A DNA stretch of 63,035 nucleotides. It comes from Sulfurospirillum sp. Lineage in GTDB: Bacteria; Campylobacterota; Campylobacteria; Campylobacterales; Sulfurospirillaceae. Location of the stretch: assembly GCA_045047115.1 (NCBI GenBank), contig JASFYR010000011.1, forward strand, positions 1-63,035. The letters run 5' to 3'. Numbering within the stretch: position 1 is the first letter of the stretch; the number at the start of each line of letters is the position of its first letter. Positions 1 through 8,425 of the stretch are shown piece by piece. The position numbers and the translations under genes were made by a program. The notes beneath the pieces are model-generated. The model did no database searches, was not told the origin of the DNA, and was given only the letters and a program-made list of their open reading frames with translations.

Positions 1-160
1 AACATTCTATGCAAAGCATAAGCTTTAGTGAGAGGAATTTAACTTGGGCTTTGCCTAAGTTAAAGGAGACATCAATATGAAACATTCTATGCAAAGCATT
101 AGCTTTAGTGAGAGAAATTTATTGGGGGCTCTGCTCCCAATAAAGGAGACAATTAAATGA
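1..160 (+). repeat. Two tandem 80 bp copies of an RBS-associated two-hairpin repeat element, upstream of secY (first copy truncated by window edge)
   Basis: 1-80 and 81-160 are near-identical (period exactly 80). Each has TATGC-AAA-GCAT(A/T), the linker AGCTTTAGTGAGA(G/A)GAA-type sequence, a ~12 bp hairpin and AAAGGAGACA..ATGA. Confidence 0.9.
77..160 (+). CDS. Putative 27 aa mini-ORF encoded by the repeat (MKHSMQSISFSERNLLGALLPIKETIK)
   Basis: AAGGAG at 63-68 precedes ATG 77; stop TGA 158-160 overlaps the secY ATG (ATGA). Translation not demonstrated. Confidence 0.45.
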   Translation: MKHSMQSISFSERNLLGALLPIKETIK

Positions 161-1419
161 GTAAAGATTTAACAAGAAAGATTTTGATTACCTTAGGTTT
201 CATCTTTGCATACAGGATATTGGCTTATGTGCCGGTACCTGGTGTAAATTTAGATGTTGTAAAAGAGTTTTTTGACTCAAACAGTTCAAATGCACTGGGC
301 ATGTTCAATATGTTTAGTGGAAATGCTGCAAAAAGACTGAGTATAATTTCACTCGGAATTATGCCTTATATCACTGCTTCAATTGTTATGGAACTTTTAG
401 CTGCAACATTCCCGACTCTTGGAAAAATGAAAAAAGAGAGAGACGGAATGACAAAGTATATGCAAATCATCCGTTATGCAACGATTGGTATCACTATAAT
501 CCAAGCCGTTGGTGTATCTATGGGTCTTGGAAGTTTGACAGGTCGTGGTGGCGAGAGTGCTGTTATGATTGATAAAACAACTTTTATGGCAATAGCTGCT
601 GCATCCATGCTGACAGGAACCATGCTTCTTATGTGGATTGGTGAACAAATCACTCAAAGAGGCATAGGAAATGGTATCAGCTTGATTATCTTCGCGGGTA
701 TTGTTTCAGGCATACCTCATGCGATAGGCGGAACTATAAACCTTGTAAACACAGGTGAGCTTAACTTTTTAGTTGTCATTGCCATACTGGTGGTGATACT
801 TGTGACTGTGGGGGTTATCATCTATGTAGAGATGGGTGAGAGAAGAGTGCCGATATCGTATTCGAGAAAAGTCATGATGCAAAATCAACATAAGAGAATC
901 ATGAACTATGTGCCTATAAAAGTGAACTTAAGCGGTGTGATTCCACCTATTTTTGCGAGTGCAATTTTGATGTTTCCATCAACTCTGCTTCAGGCAAGTA
1001 CAAATCCTATAGTGTTGAGTATAAAGGATTTTCTGAGTCCTGGCAGTTATGTATTTAATATTTTGACATTTTTATTTGTTATATTCTTTTCGTATTTTTA
1101 TGCATCAATTGTATTTAATGCAAAAGACATTTCAGAAAATTTAAAAAAACAAGGCGGATTTATACCTGGAGTACGACCTGGGATTCATACGGCCGATTTC
1201 TTAAATGATGTTGCAAGTCGTTTGACATTTTGGGGAGCAATCTACCTAGGACTGATTTCAACACTTCCTTGGGTTTTAGTAAAATTTATGGGAGTTCCTT
1301 TCTATTTTGGAGGAACGGCAGTTTTGATTGTTGTTCAAGTTGCACTAGATACTATGAGAAAGATAGAAGCTCAGATATATATGAGCAAATATGAAACTTT
1401 GAGTGCAGTAGGTTTATAA
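157..1419 (+). CDS. secY: Preprotein translocase subunit SecY
   Basis: Motifs LGIMPYITASI, GIGNGISLIIFAGI, IPGVRPG, FGGTAVLIVV; position before map-infA. Confidence 0.98.
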   Translation: MSKDLTRKILITLGFIFAYRILAYVPVPGVNLDVVKEFFDSNSSNALGMFNMFSGNAAKRLSIISLGIMPYITASIVMELLAATFPTLGKMKKERDGMTKYMQIIRYATIGITIIQAVGVSMGLGSLTGRGGESAVMIDKTTFMAIAAASMLTGTMLLMWIGEQITQRGIGNGISLIIFAGIVSGIPHAIGGTINLVNTGELNFLVVIAILVVILVTVGVIIYVEMGERRVPISYSRKVMMQNQHKRIMNYVPIKVNLSGVIPPIFASAILMFPSTLLQASTNPIVLSIKDFLSPGSYVFNILTFLFVIFFSYFYASIVFNAKDISENLKKQGGFIPGVRPGIHTADFLNDVASRLTFWGAIYLGLISTLPWVLVKFMGVPFYFGGTAVLIVVQVALDTMRKIEAQIYMSKYETLSAVGL

Positions 1420-2177
1420 TGGCTATAGCCCTTAAGAGCCAAAAAGATATACAAAAATTGTCTGTGGCAAATAAGATTGTAGCTAAAACACTAAACTACT
1501 TAGAAAAAGAAGTTCACCCGGGTATGTCTCTTTTAGAGATAAATGCTTTGGGTGAAGATTTTATACTAACTCACGGTGCAACCCCTGCTTTTAAAGGACT
1601 TTATGGATTTCCAGCTGGAGTTTGTACATCAGTAAACGAAGTTATAATTCATGGTATTCCAACTGAATATAAAATAAAAGAGGGTGACATACTGGGACTT
1701 GATATCGGAAGCAAGATAGATGGGTGGTATGGTGATGCTGCAATTACCATGGGAATCGGTGATATAACAAAAGAAGATGAAGAACTGATAGCCTGTTCCA
1801 AAGATGCACTTTATCATGCGATTAATTTTATAAAAGCCGGTATGCGATTTAAAGAACTTAGTTTTGAGCTTGAAAATTTTATACTCTCAAGAGGTTTCGT
1901 CCCTCTTAGAAGTTTTTGTGGACATGGAATAGGTAAAAAACCTCATGAAGAGCCGGAAATTCCAAACTATTTAGAAGGAAATAATCCAAAACAGGGTCCA
2001 AAGATAAAAAATGGTATGGTCTTTTGTTTGGAGCCTATGATATGCCAAAAAGAGAGCGAAGCAAAAATCTTGGATGATAAGTGGTCGGTAGTCTCAGGCG
2101 ACGGGCTAAGAGGAAGCCACTATGAGCACTGTGTGGCGATAATAAATAACAGAGCGGAAATACTCTCAGTAGAGTAG
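1419..2177 (+). CDS. map: Type I methionine aminopeptidase
   Basis: SVNEVIIHGIP, DG..GD, GHGIG..HEEP, EPM and HYEH metal-site motifs; secY-map-infA order. Confidence 0.97.
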   Translation: MAIALKSQKDIQKLSVANKIVAKTLNYLEKEVHPGMSLLEINALGEDFILTHGATPAFKGLYGFPAGVCTSVNEVIIHGIPTEYKIKEGDILGLDIGSKIDGWYGDAAITMGIGDITKEDEELIACSKDALYHAINFIKAGMRFKELSFELENFILSRGFVPLRSFCGHGIGKKPHEEPEIPNYLEGNNPKQGPKIKNGMVFCLEPMICQKESEAKILDDKWSVVSGDGLRGSHYEHCVAIINNRAEILSVE

Positions 2178-2195
2178 CGGCAAATCAAAGGCATA

Positions 2196-2366
2196 CAGAG
2201 CACCGGCCCGTGCTTTAGTAGAGCGTGAATTGACCAGAAATTCACTTTCTGGTTAAGATGACAGTTAAACAAAGTAATACGACCGCAAGGTTGTGCTTTA
2301 GTAGCGTGTGAATTGTTTAGGAATTCACTTCCTAAACAAGATGACAGTTAAACAGGAGAATATATG
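2196..2366 (+). repeat. Two tandem 83 bp structured units in the infA leader, distantly related to the 80 bp element
   Basis: GTGCTTTAGTAG (2210, 2293), GTGAATTG (2225, 2308) and GATGACAGTTAAACA (2257, 2340) repeat with period 83. The 11 bp stems differ in sequence but both pair and share the loop TTCAC. Confidence 0.85.
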
Positions 2367-2582
2367 GCGAAAGCAGATGTGATAGAGATAGACGGTAAAG
2401 TTATAGAGGCATTGCCAAACGCAACTTTTAAAGTTGAAGTTCAGAACAACCATGTGATTTTATGTCACATAGCTGGAAAGATGAGGATGCATTATATAAA
2501 GATAATGCCAGGAGACAAAGTTAAGGTAGAATTGACACCTTATAGCTTGGACAAAGGTAGAATTACATACCGATATAAGTAA
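2364..2582 (+). CDS. infA: Translation initiation factor IF-1
   Basis: 72 aa; [33 protein letters not shown]. Confidence 0.98.
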   Translation: MAKADVIEIDGKVIEALPNATFKVEVQNNHVILCHIAGKMRMHYIKIMPGDKVKVELTPYSLDKGRITYRYK

Positions 2583-2601
2583 ATTATTAGCTTAATTTGG
2601 G

Positions 2602-2745
2602 TATAATTCATACCTTTTGTAAAACTGTGTGAAGAAGAATTGAAAAAAAACCACTATTTTTTCAATTGTTGGTCTAGTAAAACATCGCTAAACCTGTGAC
2701 AGTTTACTTGGTGATAGAGTGGAAAAAATAGACAAAGGCTGAAAA
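2602..2745 (+). promoter_or_regulatory. Promoter (-10 TATAAT) and structured 5' leader of the rpmJ-rpsM-rpsK-rpsD-rpoA-rplQ operon
   Basis: TATAAT 2602-2607; 11 bp stem 2638-2648/2657-2667; further helices 2672-2733. Confidence 0.55.
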
Positions 2746-2859
2746 ATGAAAGTACGACCTTCTGTAAAGAAGATGTGCGATAAATGCAAAGTGATCAAAC
2801 GAAAAGGTGTCGTTAGAGTCATTTGTGTAAATCCAAAACATAAACAGAGACAAGGATAA
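2746..2859 (+). CDS. rpmJ: 50S ribosomal protein L36 (missed by ORF track)
   Basis: Manual translation [37 protein letters not shown], 37 aa, Zn-ribbon form. Confidence 0.98.
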   Translation: MKVRPSVKKMCDKCKVIKRKGVVRVICVNPKHKQRQG

Positions 2860-2861
2860 CC

Positions 2862-3230
2862 ATGGCAAGAATTGCAGGTGTAGACCTTCCAAACAAAAAA
2901 AGAGTAGAGTATGCTTTGACATATATCTACGGTGTAGGCTTGACCAGCTCTAGAGCGATATTAAATGCAACAGGCATTTCTTATGATAAAAGAGCAAGTG
3001 AGCTGAATGAAGAAGAGATAGCTTCTATCCGTAATGAATTACAAAAAAACTATGCAGTTGAGGGTGATTTAAGAAAAGATGTCGCTATGAATATAAAAGC
3101 TTTGATGGATATGGGAAGCTATAGAGGTCTAAGACATAGACGAGGACTTCCTGTTAGAGGTCAAAAAACAAAAACTAATGCGCGTACACGAAAAGGTAAG
3201 AAAAGAACCGTCGGCGCAAAAGCTAAATAG
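2862..3230 (+). CDS. rpsM: 30S ribosomal protein S13
   Basis: [25 protein letters not shown]. Confidence 0.98.
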   Translation: MARIAGVDLPNKKRVEYALTYIYGVGLTSSRAILNATGISYDKRASELNEEEIASIRNELQKNYAVEGDLRKDVAMNIKALMDMGSYRGLRHRRGLPVRGQKTKTNARTRKGKKRTVGAKAK

Positions 3231-3248
3231 AGTCTCAAAGGGAAACAG

Positions 3249-3641
3249 ATGGCAAAAAGAAAAGTAGCTAGAAAAAAAGTCGTTAAGAAAAATATTGCAA
3301 AAGGTATAGTTTTTATATCAGCAACATTCAATAACACTGTAGTGACTGTAACTGATGAGATGGGAAATGTTATTGCGTGGAGTAGTGCTGGTAGCCTTGG
3401 TTTTAAAGGCAGCAAAAAGTCAACTCCATATGCAGCTCAACAAGCAGTTGATGATGCGTTGGCAAAAGCAAAAGAACATGGAATCAAAGAGCTTGGTATA
3501 AAAGTTCAAGGTCCTGGTAGCGGTCGTGAAACTGCAGTCAAAAGTGTAGGTGCTTATGAGGGTATAAGAGTAACTTTTCTAAAAGATATAACTCCACTAC
3601 CACATAATGGTTGTAGGCCTCCAAAAAGAAGAAGAGTTTAA
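3249..3641 (+). CDS. rpsK: 30S ribosomal protein S11
   Basis: [29 protein letters not shown]. Confidence 0.98.
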   Translation: MAKRKVARKKVVKKNIAKGIVFISATFNNTVVTVTDEMGNVIAWSSAGSLGFKGSKKSTPYAAQQAVDDALAKAKEHGIKELGIKVQGPGSGRETAVKSVGAYEGIRVTFLKDITPLPHNGCRPPKRRRV

Positions 3642-3695
3642 TTCTGAAACAGAGTTATCTCAAAGTATTAATTATGTATAAAATTGGGAGAAAAG

Positions 3696-4322
3696 ATGGC
3701 AAGATATAGAGGACCAGTTGAAAAGCTTGAGAGAAGATTAGGTGTGAGCCTGGCTCTTAAAGGTGAGAGAAGACTTGCTGGCAAAAGTGCTCTTGATAAG
3801 AGACCTTATGCACCTGGACAACACGGTCAAAGAAGAACAAAAATCAGTGAATATGGATTGCAGTTAAGAGAGAAGCAAAAAGCTAAATTTATGTATGGTG
3901 TTTCTGAAAAACAGTTTAGAAGACTATTTTCAGATGCAAACAAATCAGAAGGAAATACAGGTACAAATCTTATCCTTTTGATAGAGAGAAGACTCGATAA
4001 TGTTGCATATCGTATGGGTTTTGCAACAACTAGAAGATTTGCTCGTCAGTTAGTAACGCACGGACACTTATTGGTAAACGGTAAAAAAGTTGACATTCCT
4101 TCATACAGAGTAAAAGCCGGAGATAAATTGGAGATTAGAGAGAAATCAAAAAACAATCCACAAATTGTGCGTGCACTTGAACTGACTGCACAAACAGGAA
4201 TTGTTCCGTGGGTTGACATAGATACAAACAAAGCTTTTGGAATTTTTACAAGAATTCCTGACCGTGAAGAAGTAGTAATACCGATTGAAGAGAGATTAAT
4301 CGTTGAGCTATACTCTAAATAA
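3696..4322 (+). CDS. rpsD: 30S ribosomal protein S4
   Basis: MARYRGP start (ATG 3696 after GGGAG), QLREKQK, IVELYSK. Confidence 0.98.
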   Translation: MARYRGPVEKLERRLGVSLALKGERRLAGKSALDKRPYAPGQHGQRRTKISEYGLQLREKQKAKFMYGVSEKQFRRLFSDANKSEGNTGTNLILLIERRLDNVAYRMGFATTRRFARQLVTHGHLLVNGKKVDIPSYRVKAGDKLEIREKSKNNPQIVRALELTAQTGIVPWVDIDTNKAFGIFTRIPDREEVVIPIEERLIVELYSK

Positions 4323-4338
4323 GTAAGTAGGTAGCATT

Positions 4339-5352
4339 ATGAATAGTATAAAAACATCAGCATATATGCCAACAGAGATTGAAGTAGAAAACATCTCTAA
4401 AAATAAGATTAAAGTGATAGCATATCCATTTGAATCAGGTTTTGGAGTGACTTTGGCTCATCCCCTGAGAAGACTTCTGTTTAACTCAACTGTGGGATTT
4501 GCACCAATTGCCGTAAGAATTGAGGGAGTTACTCACGAATTTGACAGTATAAGAGGCATGTTGGAAGATGTCGCACTTTTTATCATAAATCTAAAAAATA
4601 TCCGCTTTAAAATCCTGGGTGATGAGGATAGAGTTATTTTAAACTACTCATTTAGCGGACCAAAAGAGATAAAAGGAAGTGATCTTAATAACGATCAAGT
4701 TGAGATTGTTACACCTGAAAACCACTTTTGTACTATAAATGAAGATGCGGAACTTAACTTTTCAGTTATAGTTGAAAAAGGCATAGGATATGTTCCTAGC
4801 GAAAATATCAGAGAAGATTTGGATGCGGATTATATCGCATTGGATGGTTTTTTTACACCTGTTAAAAAAGCTGTATATGATATAGAAAATGTACTTGTAG
4901 AAGATAATCCGAATTTTGAAAAGGTTATTTTCACAGTTGAAACTGATGGGCTTATTCCACCGTTGACTGCTTTTAAAAACTCTTTGGAAGCTATGTATTC
5001 ACAAATGTCTGTATTTAACGGTTTACTCGAAATCGAAGTAGGAAGCAATGATGAGAGTGAAATTGTCAGCGTTGAGTTTGGTAAGCTTTTACAAAGCATT
5101 GATGATCTAAATCTAAGTGCTCGTAGTTTTAACTGTTTGGATAGAGCTTCAATCAAGTATATCGGTGAATTAGCACTGATGGATGAAACCGAATTGAAAA
5201 ACTTAAAAAATCTTGGAAAAAAATCTCTTGAAGAGATAAGACAAGTGATGGAAGATCTGGAATTTCCTATAGGTTTTGAGTTCGAAGACGGAACAAAAGA
5301 TGTGCTAAGAGAAAAAATTCAAGATTTAAAATCTGAAACGAATGAGGGCTAA
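4339..5352 (+). CDS. rpoA: RNA polymerase subunit alpha
   Basis: [35 protein letters not shown]. Confidence 0.98.
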   Translation: MNSIKTSAYMPTEIEVENISKNKIKVIAYPFESGFGVTLAHPLRRLLFNSTVGFAPIAVRIEGVTHEFDSIRGMLEDVALFIINLKNIRFKILGDEDRVILNYSFSGPKEIKGSDLNNDQVEIVTPENHFCTINEDAELNFSVIVEKGIGYVPSENIREDLDADYIALDGFFTPVKKAVYDIENVLVEDNPNFEKVIFTVETDGLIPPLTAFKNSLEAMYSQMSVFNGLLEIEVGSNDESEIVSVEFGKLLQSIDDLNLSARSFNCLDRASIKYIGELALMDETELKNLKNLGKKSLEEIRQVMEDLEFPIGFEFEDGTKDVLREKIQDLKSETNEG

Positions 5353-5354
5353 AA

Positions 5355-5705
5355 ATGAGACATAAGCATGGATATAGAAAGCTAGGTCGTACTTCTACAC
5401 ACAGAGGCGCGCTTCTTAAAAACCTGGCAATCGCAATTATAAAATATGAAAAAATTGAGACAACTCTACCTAAAGCAAAAGAGCTTAGGGGATTTATAGA
5501 GAAGTTAATCACAAGAGCAGGAAAAGGTGATTTTAATGCTCATAGAGCTGTATTTGCAGCTTTACAAGACAAAGAGTGTACTAAAAAACTAGTTGAAGAA
5601 ATAGCACCAAAGTATGTTGAAAGAAATGGTGGCTATACAAGAATAATCAAAACAAGAAATAGAAGAGGCGACGCTGCTTCTATGGCTTTTCTAGAATTAG
5701 TATAA
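5355..5705 (+). CDS. rplQ: 50S ribosomal protein L17
   Basis: [26 protein letters not shown]. Confidence 0.98.
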   Translation: MRHKHGYRKLGRTSTHRGALLKNLAIAIIKYEKIETTLPKAKELRGFIEKLITRAGKGDFNAHRAVFAALQDKECTKKLVEEIAPKYVERNGGYTRIIKTRNRRGDAASMAFLELV

Positions 5706-5714
5706 TTTTAATCA

Positions 5715-5737
5715 GGAGACTGTTATACGCAGTCTCC
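5715..5737. terminator. Hairpin between convergent rplQ and suhB
   Basis: GGAGACTG..CAGTCTCC stem; no strong U-tract. Confidence 0.5.
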
Positions 5738-5751
5738 AAACTTCAAAAACT

Positions 5752-6525
5752 TTAATTTTCTATATAGGATAATAACTCTTCGTGTATTTTACCGTTGGTT
5801 GCAACGATGCATCTGTCATTAAACATATCATATGGTAGATTGTAGCTATTTGTTACTTTGCCTCCAGCCTCTTCTAGAATTAGTATTCCAGCACTTACAT
5901 CCCAAGATTTTAGATTTATCTCATAATATCCCTCATAAATACCATTTGCCACCATGCAAAGGTCAATAGAGGCACTTCCTAGTCTTCTGATATCCTGGCA
6001 CTTTGGTAATATCATCTTTAGCTTTTTAATCACCCAGTTTAAATCATCTCTATTTGAGGCACTTGTATATGGAAAACCGGTTGATATAAGTGATGTTTGA
6101 AAATTTGCATCATTGCTTACTTCTAGTAATTTTCCATTTAAGTATGATCCGTTTCCCGCAATTGCAGTATAAAGCTCATTCAATATAGGGTTGTAAACGA
6201 TACCAATATATGCTTTTTTATTCTTATAAACACCAATAGAGATGGCGCAATGAGGTATTTTGTTCACAAAATTTGTAGTTCCGTCTATCGGGTCGATTAT
6301 TATTGAATTGCCAAATTCTATTTTACTGTTGTCTGACTCTTCGGCAATTATATTGTACTCCTCAAAAGAGGATGAAAGTTTGTCTATCAAAAATTTCTCT
6401 ATGCCTTTGTCATACTGTGTTACCAAGTCTTTTTTGCCTTTGAATTCGATAGATTTTTTATTATTATAACCCTTTTTGAAAATTACACCAGCTTCTTTAA
6501 CTATATCTATGAGTTTATCTATCAT
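5752..6525 (-). CDS. suhB: Inositol monophosphatase family protein
   Basis: DLVT..D, IIDPIDGTTNF, IRRLGSA, WDVSAG. Likely start ATG 6525; the extra 54 codons in the ORF track lie inside the inserted element. Confidence 0.88.
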   Translation of the reverse strand: MIDKLIDIVKEAGVIFKKGYNNKKSIEFKGKKDLVTQYDKGIEKFLIDKLSSSFEEYNIIAEESDNSKIEFGNSIIIDPIDGTTNFVNKIPHCAISIGVYKNKKAYIGIVYNPILNELYTAIAGNGSYLNGKLLEVSNDANFQTSLISTGFPYTSASNRDDLNWVIKKLKMILPKCQDIRRLGSASIDLCMVANGIYEGYYEINLKSWDVSAGILILEEAGGKVTNSYNLPYDMFNDRCIVATNGKIHEELLSYIEN

Positions 6526-6526
6526 T

Positions 6527-6800
6527 TTATTACTCCACCGACTGAATACACCAATTTTTGAAAAACAGAGACTTGGTAAGATGTGAACAGAAAAATTTGC
6601 AGGACTAGCATTTGCTAATTCAAGAATTTTTCTGTTTGCAGATTGCCAAGTATCTGTTTTCCCTTCGGGTGCTTTAGTTTTGCCCATATACTTCGTTAGA
6701 TTTATTCAACTTAAGCTTAGCTAAGCCTTCATAAATCTGCCTCGTCTATGAACAAAACTAAAACATCAAAAGTTGGTGTATTTAGTCGGTGGAGTAATAA
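6527..6800. mobile_element. MITE-like non-autonomous element (~274 bp) with 35 bp terminal inverted repeats and two long internal hairpins
   Basis: 6527-6561 vs 6766-6800 are 33/35 inverted-identical (TTATTACTCCACCGACT.AATACACCAA.TTTTGA). Internal stems 6562-6660 and 6670-6765 are separated by CCCTTCGGG. Confidence 0.8.
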
Positions 6801-6912
6801 CTCCTCTATTTTACATATTATAACATACTCTCTTTTTGTATAGGTACTTATTAACTTTTTAGTAATACTATTTAGTTATAATTTTATTATATAAACAAAA
6901 TAAGGAGCAAAG

Positions 6913-7491
6913 ATGAAAAAAAAGATTTTACTGATTTCAGTAGCATTAACGATATCAAATTTTGCTTATGCAAGTAATATAAATATAAATCGTAATGGCG
7001 CCAGCGGAAACACTGACGAAGTGCAAATAGCCAATATAGCAACTCAAAACAATGAGCTGAGCCAAGCAAGCATGTTGCAACTCTCCCAAGATATTGGCAC
7101 TATGGCTGATAGAATTAACCAAATGGCTGATAGAATTAACCAAATGGCAGATAAAATTGTCAAAACCCAGGAGATACAGAGTGAAAACTTGCAAGTAACC
7201 CAAGGAAATATATTAAAAGCACAAAAATCTATATCAAATGTTTTGCAAAATATAAATAACCCTCAGGCAAGAAGTGAGTTGCAAGCAGCTCAAGCAAATT
7301 TAGAAAAAGCAATATCTGTAAAAAATTCAAAAAATGTAACAAACATAACCAGGCCAAGCAATACGGAAAATAGTAATATGAGTGGCATGGATAATAGTAT
7401 GGGCGGTATGAGTGATGGTATGGGCGGCGGCATGGGCGGTGGAGGAGCAGGCGGTGGAGGAGCAGGCGGTGGAGGAGCAGGCGGCTTTTAG
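6913..7491 (+). CDS. Secreted hypothetical protein with MADRINQ heptad repeats and Met/Gly-rich tail
   Basis: AAGGAG RBS; signal peptide ending AYA; 21 bp repeats 7102-7164; 15 bp repeats 7435-7479. Confidence 0.75.
   Translation: MKKKILLISVALTISNFAYASNININRNGASGNTDEVQIANIATQNNELSQASMLQLSQDIGTMADRINQMADRINQMADKIVKTQEIQSENLQVTQGNILKAQKSISNVLQNINNPQARSELQAAQANLEKAISVKNSKNVTNITRPSNTENSNMSGMDNSMGGMSDGMGGGMGGGGAGGGGAGGGGAGGF
7102..7164 (+). repeat. In-frame 21 bp tandem repeat (2 exact + 1 degenerate)
   Basis: ATGGCTGATAGAATTAACCAA x2 then ATGGCAGATAAAATTGTCAAA. Confidence 0.9.
7435..7479 (+). repeat. In-frame 15 bp tandem repeat x3 (GGGGA)
   Basis: GGCGGTGGAGGAGCA x3. Confidence 0.9.
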
Positions 7492-7577
7492 TATACTCAT
7501 AATTATAACTATCTTTCATAATTCAGTCGCTTTTAACCAAAGATTTGGTTAAATATGAAAAAATATTAGGACATAAA

Positions 7578-7856
7578 ATGATACCTTTTTCAGATGAAGA
7601 GTTACTTCCGGCAGTTGAGAAATCTTTAGATAAAGTTAAGCCTATGTTGGCACTTGATGGCGGTGGTCTGACACTTTTGGGGATTAAAAATGGCAAAGTT
7701 TTTGTGCAACTTCAAGGTGCTTGTCACGGTTGTGCCTCAGCTTCACAAACTCTAAAGTATGGCATAGAGAGACAACTCAGGATTGACATACATCCGGAGA
7801 TAGAAGTTATAAGCATACCTTTAGGAACAGAGTTTAATATAGAGGACTTTGCGTAG
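7578..7856 (+). CDS. NifU C-terminal/NfuA-like Fe-S scaffold
   Basis: PMLALDGG, LQGACHGC; start MIPFSDEEL at 7578. Confidence 0.9.
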   Translation: MIPFSDEELLPAVEKSLDKVKPMLALDGGGLTLLGIKNGKVFVQLQGACHGCASASQTLKYGIERQLRIDIHPEIEVISIPLGTEFNIEDFA

Positions 7857-7858
7857 AA

Positions 7859-8425
7859 ATGAATCTACATATTACCTTGGGCATAGACAGCTTTTATAAA
7901 AAAGATTATGCTTTGGCACTTTTCTATTTTTCACTTGCCTTGCAAGAAGATTTAGACTCTAAAGACGCAAGGTTGGGCGCTATTTTATCAGATATGGCAA
8001 GTGAAAAAGAGATAGAAGCAAATGCACTTTTTGAATATTATCTTCTCTCAAAAGAGAGTGGCCAAGAGGTAGAGGAAGAGACTATTGAAGAGATCATTGG
8101 TTTGGTTGATAATAGTATAGAATCTATCTATAATCTGATTGAGAAAAAAGAGCTTGAGCATGCTATAGCGCAAGAGAATGGTATAGAATATGAGGATTTC
8201 AAAGAGCTGATAAAAAACAGAGGAAGTTTTAAAAAAGCATTTGAAGATATTATGTTTTCCACGAAAGTTCTTATATCGAAAAAAGAGGATTTTATAGATT
8301 TTTTAGAGAAGTTGATAGACAATGGATTTACTGAAATGTCACTAAACTATCTTGAAAGTGCGATGAGTGTTTTTCCAAACGATAAAAAACTACTATCACT
8401 TGTGAATAGAGCATCAGAGTATTGA
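7859..8425 (+). CDS. Conserved Campylobacterota TPR-like hypothetical protein
   Basis: Helical acidic protein in the conserved nfuA-X-murE position; FEDIMFSTKV motif. Confidence 0.7.
   Translation: MNLHITLGIDSFYKKDYALALFYFSLALQEDLDSKDARLGAILSDMASEKEIEANALFEYYLLSKESGQEVEEETIEEIIGLVDNSIESIYNLIEKKELEHAIAQENGIEYEDFKELIKNRGSFKKAFEDIMFSTKVLISKKEDFIDFLEKLIDNGFTEMSLNYLESAMSVFPNDKKLLSLVNRASEY

Noticed and set aside
1..160. CRISPR array interpretation of the 80 bp tandem units (also 2196-2366 and 39399-39586)
   Set aside because: Only two units per site; the variable parts are self-complementary stems rather than unique spacers; no cas genes in the window.
2196..2366. Known self-cleaving ribozyme or riboswitch
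   Set aside because: No hammerhead CUGANGA/GAAA core, and no riboswitch consensus I can recognise by eye on either strand. A covariance search is needed, so it is not called.
6526..6687. 54 aa N-terminal extension of suhB as a genuine domain
   Set aside because: It lies wholly within the inverted-repeat element; the family-typical start with an RBS is at 6525.
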